A stretch of DNA of 62,031 nucleotides, counting the filler. It is 3 parts of 3 records of this genome, joined end to end, with 100 filler letters (N's around TTAATTAATTAA, not from the genome) between each part and the next. Parts side by side here need not be neighbours in the genome. Positions count along the whole stretch, not along the records: positions 1 to 17,383 come from SRR20825019_2922; positions 17,484 to 44,544 come from SRR20825019_2933; 1 more part is not named here. One strand, given 5' to 3'. The notes beneath the pieces were generated by a model. It made no database searches. It had not been told where the DNA came from and saw only the letters and a program-made list of their open reading frames with translations. Positions 9,960-17,975 of the stretch are shown here, piece after piece (within the stretch, counting starts at the first letter, position 1; each line of letters opens with the position of its first letter). Both the position numbers and the translations under genes were made by a program.

Positions 9960-10772
9960 ATGAACAAATCTCTCCTGCTGCTTGGATGCGGCAAAATGGG
10001 CGGCGCCCTTCTTCAAGGCTGGCTTGAAAAAGGCTACGCCGCTCATGGCATCTGCGTGATCGAACATTCCGAAGCCGCGACGGCTCAGTTTGATGGCATC
10101 GACGGTGTGACTGTCGTCCGGGATATCTCGGACGTTCCGGAGGATTTCCATCCGGGAATGGTCATGCTGGCGCTCAAGCCACAAATGATGGACGCGGCGG
10201 CACCGCTGGCCCGCTATGCCGGTCCGGAAACGGCTTTCCTGTCGATCGCGGCGGGCAAGACCATCCAGTATTTCGAAAGCCTGCTCGGCTCCGATGCGGC
10301 GATTATCCGCTCCATGCCGAATACCCCGGCTGCGGTCGGGCGCGGGATCACCGCCTATGTCGGCAACAATGCCGCCAGTCAGGCGCAGATGAACCTGGCT
10401 GGTGATCTGCTGTCCGCTGTCGGTGAAGCGCTGGAGGTCCCGGAAGAGGGAATGCTCGACGCGGTGACAGCGGTTTCCGGCAGTGGCCCCGCCTATGTGT
10501 TTTATGTCATCGAGGTGATGGCGGCGGCTGGCGAGAAACTTGGCCTGCCGGCCGATCTCGCCATGCGCCTTGCATCGGCCACGGTGTCCGGCGCTGGGGA
10601 GCTTGCACGGCAATCCTCCGAGCCGGCGGCGCAGCTTCGGCAGAATGTCACCAGTCCCGGCGGAACCACAGCCGAAGCACTGAAAGTGCTGATGGCGGAT
10701 GACGGTATTGGTCCGGTCTTCGAAAAAGCGCTGAAAGCAGCGGCGGACCGGTCGCGGGAGCTTGCCGGGTAG
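9960..10772 (+). CDS. proC: Pyrroline-5-carboxylate reductase
   Basis: GCGKMG, KPQ, SIAAG, RSMPNTP, TAVSGSGPAY, VTSPGGTT. Confidence 0.96.
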   Translation: MNKSLLLLGCGKMGGALLQGWLEKGYAAHGICVIEHSEAATAQFDGIDGVTVVRDISDVPEDFHPGMVMLALKPQMMDAAAPLARYAGPETAFLSIAAGKTIQYFESLLGSDAAIIRSMPNTPAAVGRGITAYVGNNAASQAQMNLAGDLLSAVGEALEVPEEGMLDAVTAVSGSGPAYVFYVIEVMAAAGEKLGLPADLAMRLASATVSGAGELARQSSEPAAQLRQNVTSPGGTTAEALKVLMADDGIGPVFEKALKAAADRSRELAG

Positions 10773-10837
10773 GCTGTTCCCTTGCTCCCTGTTCTTGAAG
10801 ACCCATATCGTGGAGGTACACACGATATGGATGAGCC

Positions 10838-11452
10838 ATGGCACCGGCGGACAGCGAGACGATCCTCGATAAAGTCCTGGAGATAGCAGGCGATAAAGGC
10901 TGGACCGGGTTGACCATGGAGATGGTTGCCGAGGGCGCCGGGGTGCCGCTTGCCGATCTGATCCGGGCCTACCCCCGCAAATCCACCATACTGAACGCCC
11001 TGGCGGACCGGTTTGAGCAACTTGCCGAAGTGGCCACGGATCCGGAGGCTTGCGACCCGTCCCTGCCTGTGCCGGAGCGACTCTTTGACGCAATCATGAC
11101 GCGCTTCGAGCTGATGCAGGAGCATCGCGACGGCTATGTCGCGATCATCGGCGCGGCGCGCCGGGATCCCTGCATGGCCTTGACCGGAGCAACCCGGCTA
11201 CAGCCCGCAATGGGAATAATCCTGCGCCAGACCGGTCTTGAAGGCAGGGGCCTCTCCGGGGTTCTGCGCCGCAAGGTGTTGAGCCTGCTCTATCTTTCTG
11301 TTCTTCAGGTATGGCTGAAGGATGAGAGCGAGGATCTTGGCCCGACCATGGCGGCACTGGACAAACGGTTGAGGCAGCTTGATGAGATCGTGATGGCTAC
11401 GCCTTTCAGGGGAAAAACGCGGCGGAGTGAGGATTCGAAAGCCGGTGCATGA
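10838..11452 (+). CDS. TetR/AcrR-family regulator-like protein
   Basis: N-terminal HTH-like GWTGLTMEMVAEGAGV; ERLFDAIMTRF and TMAALDKRL C-domain motifs. Confidence 0.75.
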   Translation: MAPADSETILDKVLEIAGDKGWTGLTMEMVAEGAGVPLADLIRAYPRKSTILNALADRFEQLAEVATDPEACDPSLPVPERLFDAIMTRFELMQEHRDGYVAIIGAARRDPCMALTGATRLQPAMGIILRQTGLEGRGLSGVLRRKVLSLLYLSVLQVWLKDESEDLGPTMAALDKRLRQLDEIVMATPFRGKTRRSEDSKAGA

Positions 11453-11461
11453 GTGTTTTGT

Positions 11462-11549
11462 TGCAGTGCAGCATAAGGCTTGACATTTTCCTCAAATACC
11501 CCGATATCAATGGTGATGATGCGTTGCAACATAACGCTGCACCGCAGGA
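11462..11549 (+). promoter_or_regulatory. Phasin promoter with three PhaR-type boxes
   Basis: TGCAGTGCAGCA (11462), TGCGTTGCAACA (11520), TGCACCGCAGGA (11538) around TTGACA at 11480. Confidence 0.7.
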
Positions 11550-11616
11550 AACAACCAGCGTATTCCGGCCTGAACGGTTCGCGTAATACGTGGTCAAAAA
11601 ATTACGGAGACGTTCA

Positions 11617-12042
11617 ATGGCCAAGCAGGAAAACCCCTTCATCAATCTCGATTTCCAGAAAATGATGACGGATTTCAAAATGCCGGGCATCGATGCAGAC
11701 GCGCTGATGAATGCGCAGCAGAAGAATATTGAAGCCATCGCCAGCGCCAATCAGCTGGCCGTGGAAGGCATGCAGGCTATTGGCAAGCGTCAGGCCGAAC
11801 TCTTCCAGCAGGCTGTCGAGGAGTCCCAGAAGACTCTCGGTGAGCTGATGACGCAGGGTGCGCCGGAAGACCGTATTGCCAAGCAGGCCGAGACCGTGAA
11901 AACCACGATCGAGCGTACGGTGACGAACCTCCGTGAGATTTCCGAGATGCTCGCGAAGTCGAACCAGGAAGCTTTCGAAGTGATCAACAAGCGGATCACC
12001 GAAAGCCTCGAAGAAGTTCAGTCCCTCGCCGGCAAGAAATAA
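11617..12042 (+). CDS. Phasin (PHA granule-associated protein)
   Basis: QQKNIEAIASANQLAVEG, SNQEAFEVINKR; GGAG RBS before ATG at 11617. Confidence 0.88.
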   Translation: MAKQENPFINLDFQKMMTDFKMPGIDADALMNAQQKNIEAIASANQLAVEGMQAIGKRQAELFQQAVEESQKTLGELMTQGAPEDRIAKQAETVKTTIERTVTNLREISEMLAKSNQEAFEVINKRITESLEEVQSLAGKK

Positions 12043-12063
12043 GCTTTCCCCCGAGAGAGTGCG

Positions 12064-12100
12064 AAGAGCCGTCGGAGCCTCTGGTTCCGGCGGCTTTTTG
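12064..12100 (+). terminator. Intrinsic terminator after phasin
   Basis: AGCCGTCGGA/TCCGGCGGCT stem followed by T-tract. Confidence 0.8.
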
Positions 12101-12178
12101 TTTTTTCGGGCCGGGTAAAACCCACTTCACGGCATAGGAATGAACGCATAAGGTCCGCTTCCGAACAGGGAGCTACTT

Positions 12179-12514
12179 ATGACCATCGAATTTTCCGATT
12201 TTCAAAAAGTTGAAATCCGCGTCGGCACCGTGACCGATGCCCAGCCCTACCCGGAGGCGCGCAAGCCGGCGATCAAACTCTGGATCGATTTCGGACCGGA
12301 GATTGGCGAACGGAAGACGTCAGCGCAGATCACCAAGCACTACACGCCGGAAGGCATGAAGGGCAAACAGGTGGCTGCCGTCGTGAACTTTCCGCCGAAA
12401 CAGATCGGCAAGTTCATGAGCGAATGTCTGGTCGTCGGGTTCCCGGACGAGGACGGCGAAGTTGTGCTGCTCAGCCCGACGCTGACCGTCCCGAACGGCG
12501 GCCGTCTTTATTAG
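12179..12514 (+). CDS. csaA: tRNA-binding/export chaperone CsaA
   Basis: [31 protein letters not shown]. Confidence 0.9.
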   Translation: MTIEFSDFQKVEIRVGTVTDAQPYPEARKPAIKLWIDFGPEIGERKTSAQITKHYTPEGMKGKQVAAVVNFPPKQIGKFMSECLVVGFPDEDGEVVLLSPTLTVPNGGRLY

Positions 12515-13869
12515 ACCGGCATCCGGATCCGCACTCGAAGGCCGCCGAGCGGCGAGTCTTCCAGGCCGATTTCGCCGCCATGGCTGTGCACGATATCCCG
12601 GGCAATGGTCAGGCCCAGACCTGTGCCGCCTGTCTCCGGGTTCCGTGAGGGATCGCCGCGATAGAAGGGTTTGAAGACGCGCCCGCGTTCGGCTTCCGGA
12701 ATGCCCGGCCCATCGTCATCAACGAAAATCTCATAGGCGACGTCGGACGCATCCAGTGTGATGCGGACGGTCTTCGCGTACCGGCGCGCGTTGGAGACCA
12801 GATTGGTGAGCGCCCGCTTCAGGGATTGCGGTTTCATCTCGACCGGCGGCAGCGGTTTCCCGATCATTTCCAGCTCAAGCGTCATGCCGCCGCGCCGCTC
12901 GCCGATGGCGAAGTCGGCAACCAGAGCTTTGACGTCCGTCGTGACGGCGGCCTCCGTTCCCTCACCGCGGGCAAAGGCGAGATAGCCTTCGACCATCCGC
13001 TCCATGTCCTGCACGTCGGCCTGGAGCTCCTGAACGGCCTTGTCCTCGCCGAGCATGGCGAGTTGCAGCTTCATCCGGGTGAGCGGCGTGCGCAGGTCGT
13101 GCGAGACACCGCTCAGCATGTCGGTGCGCTGTTTGATCTGGCGCCGGATCCGGGCCCGCATCTGCTGGAAGGCTTCGGCGGCCTGCCGGACTTCGTGCGC
13201 GCCTTCCGGCTTGAAGTTGGTGACCTCGCGTCCGAGGCCGAAGGCCCGGGCGGCGATGGCGAGTCTTCGGATCGGCCGGATCTGGTTGCGCATGAAGATC
13301 AGCGCGATGGCGAACAGGATCAGGGCACTGCCCAGCATCCACATGACGAAGATATAGGTGGTCGAGGTGTAGAGGCGTTTTTCATGCGCGAGCACTTCGA
13401 GAACGCCATCCGAAATCTGCACGGTGATGGCGATCTGCCTGTCGCCCGCTTCGGTGTCGATCATGAAGGGGCGGCGTACCTGCTCGGTCATGGCATGGCG
13501 CATCTGGCGCAATGTGGGGTCAAAAATGGTTACGGTGCCGCGGTTTTCCAGAATGGCGCCCGACCGGTAGGTGACGATCAGGCCAAGGTGATTGCGGGAA
13601 AGCCGGTCGATCCGGGCCAGGGAGGCCGGGCTGGAATCCGCTTCGATTTCCGTGACGATCAGGGCGATGTCCCCGGCAAGCGAGGTTGCAAGCCGCCGCA
13701 CCATCGTATCCCAGTGCCGATCATAGAAAACAAAGGTCGAGATCGCCTGCATCAGGATCAGCGGTGTCAGGAAAATCGCCAGCGCCCGTCCGAACAGGGT
13801 CTTCGGCATGCGGCGCTTCAGCCAGGATCGGCGCTTGGTCTGTGGAGCGTTTTCGGCAAGGGTTGCCAT
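12511..13869 (-). CDS. EnvZ-like sensor histidine kinase
   Basis: Two TM helices, HAMP region, H-box SHDLRTPL, N-box NLVSNA, DDDGPG, GTGLGL. Confidence 0.93.
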   Translation of the reverse strand: MATLAENAPQTKRRSWLKRRMPKTLFGRALAIFLTPLILMQAISTFVFYDRHWDTMVRRLATSLAGDIALIVTEIEADSSPASLARIDRLSRNHLGLIVTYRSGAILENRGTVTIFDPTLRQMRHAMTEQVRRPFMIDTEAGDRQIAITVQISDGVLEVLAHEKRLYTSTTYIFVMWMLGSALILFAIALIFMRNQIRPIRRLAIAARAFGLGREVTNFKPEGAHEVRQAAEAFQQMRARIRRQIKQRTDMLSGVSHDLRTPLTRMKLQLAMLGEDKAVQELQADVQDMERMVEGYLAFARGEGTEAAVTTDVKALVADFAIGERRGGMTLELEMIGKPLPPVEMKPQSLKRALTNLVSNARRYAKTVRITLDASDVAYEIFVDDDGPGIPEAERGRVFKPFYRGDPSRNPETGGTGLGLTIARDIVHSHGGEIGLEDSPLGGLRVRIRMPV

Positions 13870-13972
13870 CAATCGGATGCCGTTCTCTGTGTTGGCGTTC
13901 AGGCCCGCTACATGGGGGATATGGTAGGATAAATCAGCTCGTACCGATAGCGGTGCGCGTCAGGGGAGTGGC

Positions 13973-14692
13973 TCAGCCGTCGCTGGTATTCGCTTTCAGA
14001 ACATAGCCCTTGCCGCGCACGGTTTGCAGGAAGCGCGGGAATTTCGGATCTTTCTCGATTTTCCGGCGCAGCCGGTTGATCTGTACGTCGACGGTGCGCT
14101 CGTGCCCGTTCACCGCGTTGCGGGCGACCAGGTCTTCCCGGCTCAGCGTGCGGCCCGGCGTTTGGGCAAAGCAGCCAAGGAGCACGGCTTCCGACTCGGT
14201 CAGGTGCACCACGCGATCCTCCTTGCTCAACTCGGCCGCTGTCCTGTCATAGACATAGGGGCCAAAGGTGACGCGTGACGGCATGTCCGACATGACCGGG
14301 GCTGTGCGGGTGCGGCGCAGGATCGTACGGATGCGCAATAAAAGTTCGCGTGGCTCGAACGGCTTCGTCAGATAGTCGTCGGCCCCGGTCTCCAACCCCT
14401 CTATGCGGTTCTCCATCTCGCCCATGGCGGTGAGCAGCAGGATCGGCAGGTCACGGGTCTGGCGCATGGAACGGGTCAGCTCGAAGCCGGTTTCTCCGGG
14501 CATCATGACATCCAGGACGATCAGGTCGTAATCGATCGCCGCCAGCTTGCGCCGGGCATCGGCGGCATCGCCCGCAGCGGTTATGCGGAACCCGTTCTCG
14601 CTCAGGAAGCGGGTCAGCAGATCGCGCAGCCGGCTGTCATCATCGACGACAAGAATATGGGGCTGATCATCGCCGTCCATCCGGATGCTCAT
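13973..14692 (-). CDS. OmpR-family response regulator (PetR-like)
   Basis: VVDDD, LDVMMP, GADDYLTKPF, DVQINRLRRKIE, QTVRGKGY. Confidence 0.94.
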   Translation of the reverse strand: MSIRMDGDDQPHILVVDDDSRLRDLLTRFLSENGFRITAAGDAADARRKLAAIDYDLIVLDVMMPGETGFELTRSMRQTRDLPILLLTAMGEMENRIEGLETGADDYLTKPFEPRELLLRIRTILRRTRTAPVMSDMPSRVTFGPYVYDRTAAELSKEDRVVHLTESEAVLLGCFAQTPGRTLSREDLVARNAVNGHERTVDVQINRLRRKIEKDPKFPRFLQTVRGKGYVLKANTSDG

Positions 14693-15207
14693 CCTTTGCT
14701 GCGGCGTTGCGCCGGCATGGCGGGCGTGACGATCTCGAAACGTTCCTGGTCGCCGGGATCGATGATGCCGCGCATGACCTCGCGGAATCCCTGAACGGCT
14801 TCCGCCCCCGCGGCGCGGTAGGCACGGGCGATGCGCTTGCGCTGGTTCTCCGTCAGCCGGTGCTCGAGATGGACGCCTTTTTCGGTCAGGGTCAGCAGCT
14901 TCTTGCGCCGGTCTCCCTGATCCGTCGTCTGGTCGATATAGCCCTCATTGACGAGCTGGCTGAGAACCCGGGAAAGGCTCTGTTTTGTGATCTTCAGGAT
15001 CTTCAGCAGGTCGGTAACGGTGATTCTGGGATTACGCCCGACGAAGTAGATGACCCGGTGATGGGCCCGTCCGAGATCGATCTCCGCAAGAATGGCGTCC
15101 GGCTCACCCGTGAAGTCCCGATAGGCAAAGAACAGCATTTCGATGCCTTGCCTGAGTTCCTCCTCCCGCAGGAAAAGCGGATTGGCCATGCTTTTTACGT
15201 CAACCAT
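14689..15207 (-). CDS. MarR-family regulator (PetP-like)
   Basis: LFFAYRDF, GRAHHR, ITKQSLSRVL, DRR..L.LTEKG; ATGA overlap with the response regulator. Confidence 0.9.
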   Translation of the reverse strand: MVDVKSMANPLFLREEELRQGIEMLFFAYRDFTGEPDAILAEIDLGRAHHRVIYFVGRNPRITVTDLLKILKITKQSLSRVLSQLVNEGYIDQTTDQGDRRKKLLTLTEKGVHLEHRLTENQRKRIARAYRAAGAEAVQGFREVMRGIIDPGDQERFEIVTPAMPAQRRSKG

Positions 15208-15213
15208 GTTGAC
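15199..15213. promoter_or_regulatory. Inverted repeat over the MarR start codon, candidate operator
   Basis: GTCAAC-cat-GTTGAC. Confidence 0.5.
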
Positions 15214-15331
15214 TTAATTCCTTTTGAATGTTAGCTCTTGGCCCTACTTTGGGTAACAATCTAACCAAAGCGCCCGTCAACATGAACATTTCGAACGGGT
15301 TAGGCTTTGGAGCTTGCTGGGATGAAACCTC

Positions 15332-16237
15332 ATGAGCCTGCTTCCTTTCGATGATCGCGACGGTGCCATCTGGATGGATGGTACCTTGTTGGACTGGCGT
15401 GACGCCAAATTGCATGTACTTAGCCACGGACTGCATTATGCCAGTTCGGTGTTCGAGGGCGAACGGGTTTATAGCGGACAGATCTTCAAGTCCCGCGAGC
15501 ATACCGAACGCCTGCACCGTTCCGCCGGAATTCTCGGCTTCAAGATCCCTTACGATGTCGATGCCATCGAGGCCGCCAAACAGGCCGTCATCGATAGCAT
15601 GGGGATCGTCGATGGCTATGTCCGTCCGGTTGCCTGGCGCGGCAGTGAAATGATGGGTGTGTCCGCCCAGCAGAACACCATTCATCTGGCCGTCGCCGCC
15701 TGGGAATGGCCGTCTTACTTCGATCCGGAAGCGAAGATGAAGGGGATCAATCTGGATATCGCCAAGTGGCGCCGTCCGGCCCCCGACACCGCGCCGACGA
15801 ACAGTAAGGCTGCCGGTCTCTACATGATCGCCACCATGTCCAAGCATGATGCCGAAGCGCGCGGTTTCCACGATGCGCTGATGCTGGATTATCGCGGCTA
15901 TGTCGCTGAGGCCACGGGCGCCAACATCTTCTTCCTGATGGATGACGGCCGGCTGCACACGCCGACCCCGGACTGCTTCCTCGACGGCATCACCCGACGC
16001 ACAGTGAAACAGCTCGCCATCGATCTCGGCTACGAGATCGTCGAACGGCATATCCGGCCGGAAGAACTTTCGCGGGCAACCGAATGCTTCCTGACCGGCA
16101 CGGCTGCGGAAGTTACCCCGGTCGGCACCATCGGCACCTACAAGTTCACGCCGGGCGAGGTCACCCGCAAGCTGGTCGATGCCTATGACGCGGCGGTGCG
16201 GGCCCACGCGACGAGCGTGCAGGTCGCGGCCGAGTAA
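15332..16237 (+). CDS. ilvE: Branched-chain amino acid aminotransferase
   Basis: HGLHYASSVFEG, KAAGLY (PLP Lys), EATGANIF, LDGITR, FLTGTAAE. Confidence 0.93.
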   Translation: MSLLPFDDRDGAIWMDGTLLDWRDAKLHVLSHGLHYASSVFEGERVYSGQIFKSREHTERLHRSAGILGFKIPYDVDAIEAAKQAVIDSMGIVDGYVRPVAWRGSEMMGVSAQQNTIHLAVAAWEWPSYFDPEAKMKGINLDIAKWRRPAPDTAPTNSKAAGLYMIATMSKHDAEARGFHDALMLDYRGYVAEATGANIFFLMDDGRLHTPTPDCFLDGITRRTVKQLAIDLGYEIVERHIRPEELSRATECFLTGTAAEVTPVGTIGTYKFTPGEVTRKLVDAYDAAVRAHATSVQVAAE

Positions 16238-16321
16238 GAAACCGGCCCGCCGGGGCAGGGAGAACGATCCCGTTCTCTGCTGGCACTGGACAACACTTTG
16301 ATAAACGGGGGAAGCTGACAT

Positions 16322-17074
16322 ATGACAGCTTCCCCCGTTTGCACATTCGACGGCACCCACTGGGTTCCGGGACCGCTCGCCAAGGGACCTTTCCCGGGGC
16401 TGCATGGTGGCGTCGTCGGCGGATTGCTCGCCGCCGAGATGGAAAAAACGTCCCATGAAAATGGTGGCGGGATGGGATTGCAGATGTCCCTGTCCCTGCT
16501 GCGCCCGACACCGATGGAGCCGGTCACGATCTCCGTCCGGATCCTGCGACAGGGCCGACGCTCCCTTCAGCTCTCTGCGGAACTCGTTGCCGATGGCAAG
16601 ACCTGCGCCGTGGCGAGCGCCCTGTTTCTGACTCCGGAAATGTTGCCCTTTGTTGAGGAAGCGCCGGCCGAACGGGTTCCTGTTGCCGGCAAGGATTTCC
16701 ATGTTGGCCGGAGGATGGGGCAGCCCTGGTTTGCCGATGCCTGCGAGATGCGCCGGGAAGAGGGCGGCCGGATCTGGATGCGTCACCTCAATCCGGTGGT
16801 GGACGGCATGGGGCCGTTGACCCGCGTTCTCTCATTGGCGGACTGGGCGACCGGCCTTTCCCGTCCTGACTGGGTGGATGGGGAGAAGGTGGTCTTTCCG
16901 AACCCGGAGATCAGCATTCACCTGCACCGCCCACCCGCAGGCGCCTGGCTGGGTGTGGATTCGGAACCGTTCTGGAATGCCAGCGGCCTCGGTATCACCG
17001 CGAGCGACCTCTATGACGAGGCGGGGTATCTCGGCCGGGCAACGCAGCCGGTTGTGCTCGCGGTGATGAAGTAA
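16322..17074 (+). CDS. Thioesterase-family (double hotdog) protein
   Basis: GPF..LHGG, LLRP, GRRSLQ, FPNPEISIHLHR. Confidence 0.8.
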   Translation: MTASPVCTFDGTHWVPGPLAKGPFPGLHGGVVGGLLAAEMEKTSHENGGGMGLQMSLSLLRPTPMEPVTISVRILRQGRRSLQLSAELVADGKTCAVASALFLTPEMLPFVEEAPAERVPVAGKDFHVGRRMGQPWFADACEMRREEGGRIWMRHLNPVVDGMGPLTRVLSLADWATGLSRPDWVDGEKVVFPNPEISIHLHRPPAGAWLGVDSEPFWNASGLGITASDLYDEAGYLGRATQPVVLAVMK

Positions 17075-17098
17075 GCGCGGTCGCGCTTTTCAGGTCTC

Positions 17099-17126
17099 CA
17101 TCATCCCTGCACCTGCAGGGATGATG
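17099..17126. repeat. Perfect 13-bp inverted repeat between convergent genes
   Basis: CATCATCCCTGCA-cc-TGCAGGGATGATG. Confidence 0.7.
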
Positions 17127-17134
17127 TCTTAATC

Positions 17135-17383
17135 TCAGATACAGACGCTGGCGAGTGGCGGCAGGCCGTTGAAGGCGACCGAGGAATAGGTCGTCGTGTA
17201 GGCGCCGGTGCCGAAGATCCAGACCTTGTCGCCGACTTTCAGGTCAAGCGGCAGCGGGTACGGATTTTTCTCATACATGACATCGACGCTGTCGCAGGTC
17301 GGCCCGGCCAGAACGGCGGGTACGGTGTCTCCGGTGCGGATGGTTTCGATCCGGTAGCGGATGGCTTCGTCCATGGTTTCGGC
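17135..17383 (-). CDS. Type III PLP-dependent ornithine/lysine decarboxylase, C-terminal fragment (cut by contig end)
   Basis: AGPTCDSVD, TGAYT..YSS..FNG. Confidence 0.88.
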   Translation of the reverse strand, partial: AETMDEAIRYRIETIRTGDTVPAVLAGPTCDSVDVMYEKNPYPLPLDLKVGDKVWIFGTGAYTTTYSSVAFNGLPPLASVCI

Positions 17384-17483
17384 NNNNNNNNNNNNNNNNN
17401 NNNNNNNNNNNNNNNNNNNNNNNNNNNTTAATTAATTAANNNNNNNNNNNNNNNNNNNNNNNNNNNNNNNNNNNNNNNNNNNN
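17384..17483. other. Artificial contig spacer
   Basis: 44 N + TTAATTAATTAA (stops in all six frames) + 44 N; composition and gene content change abruptly. Confidence 0.98.
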
Positions 17484-17698
17484 ACTATGCTAGTGGATTG
17501 AGTTTGTACTACTTTATCTCCAACTTGATTACCATCTTTATTATGTTGGCCATCAAGAATTATATCTTGGACGAGAATAAAATCCATGCCCAGATTCAGG
17601 AGAATAAGAAAAAGCCTAAAAAAGAGAACAAGTTCCAGCGCAAGATGCGCGAAATGATGGAACAGGCCGAAGAGCAAAAAAAATCAGGAAGAAGATAA
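17484..17698 (+). CDS. yidC: Membrane protein insertase YidC, C-terminal fragment
   Basis: YASGLSLYYFISNLITI and a Lys-rich tail typical of Bacteroidetes YidC. Confidence 0.88.
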
Positions 17699-17728
17699 CC
17701 TGCAAGAAAATTACTTTTTGGACAAAAT

Positions 17729-17763
17729 AAAAAAACTCCCTCAAGATTGCCTTGGGGGAGTTT
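17729..17763. terminator. Intrinsic terminator (longer U-tract on the minus strand)
   Basis: AAACTCCCTCAAG/CTTGGGGGAGTTT stem preceded by an A7 run. Confidence 0.7.
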
Positions 17764-17914
17764 CCATTTACAGGTATAGTTTGGAAAGATTTGGGACTCC
17801 AAAGATGCGGCATTACCTAGACTGAAAAAATTAATAGTTGTAAAACAGCCGCTTTTTGTGGGTAAATATTCCGATGTTGATGTGTCATCGATAAACGGTA
17901 ACATGTACACGATA

Positions 17915-17948
17915 AAAAGCCCCCTCAAAATTAATTGAGGGGGCTTTT
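17915..17948 (-). terminator. Terminator of the fasciclin gene (possibly bidirectional)
   Basis: AAAAGCCCCCTCAA/TTGAGGGGGCTTTT. Confidence 0.85.
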
Positions 17949-17975
17949 AAACACTATCTATCAATCAAAAATCAG

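Noticed and set aside
9882-11093. 403-aa minus-strand ORF
   Set aside because: Antisense to proC and the TetR-like gene; Arg/Pro-rich shadow
12826-13932. 368-aa plus-strand ORF (and similar ORFs at 762-1598, 2740-3618, 46531-48340, 57933-58808)
   Set aside because: Antisense shadows of well-supported genes
15200-16786. 528-aa minus-strand ORF
   Set aside because: Antisense shadow of ilvE and the thioesterase in GC-rich DNA; no recognisable motifs
17428-17439. TTAATTAATTAA repeat (also 44589-44600) and ORFs running into the N runs
   Set aside because: Assembly linker, not biological
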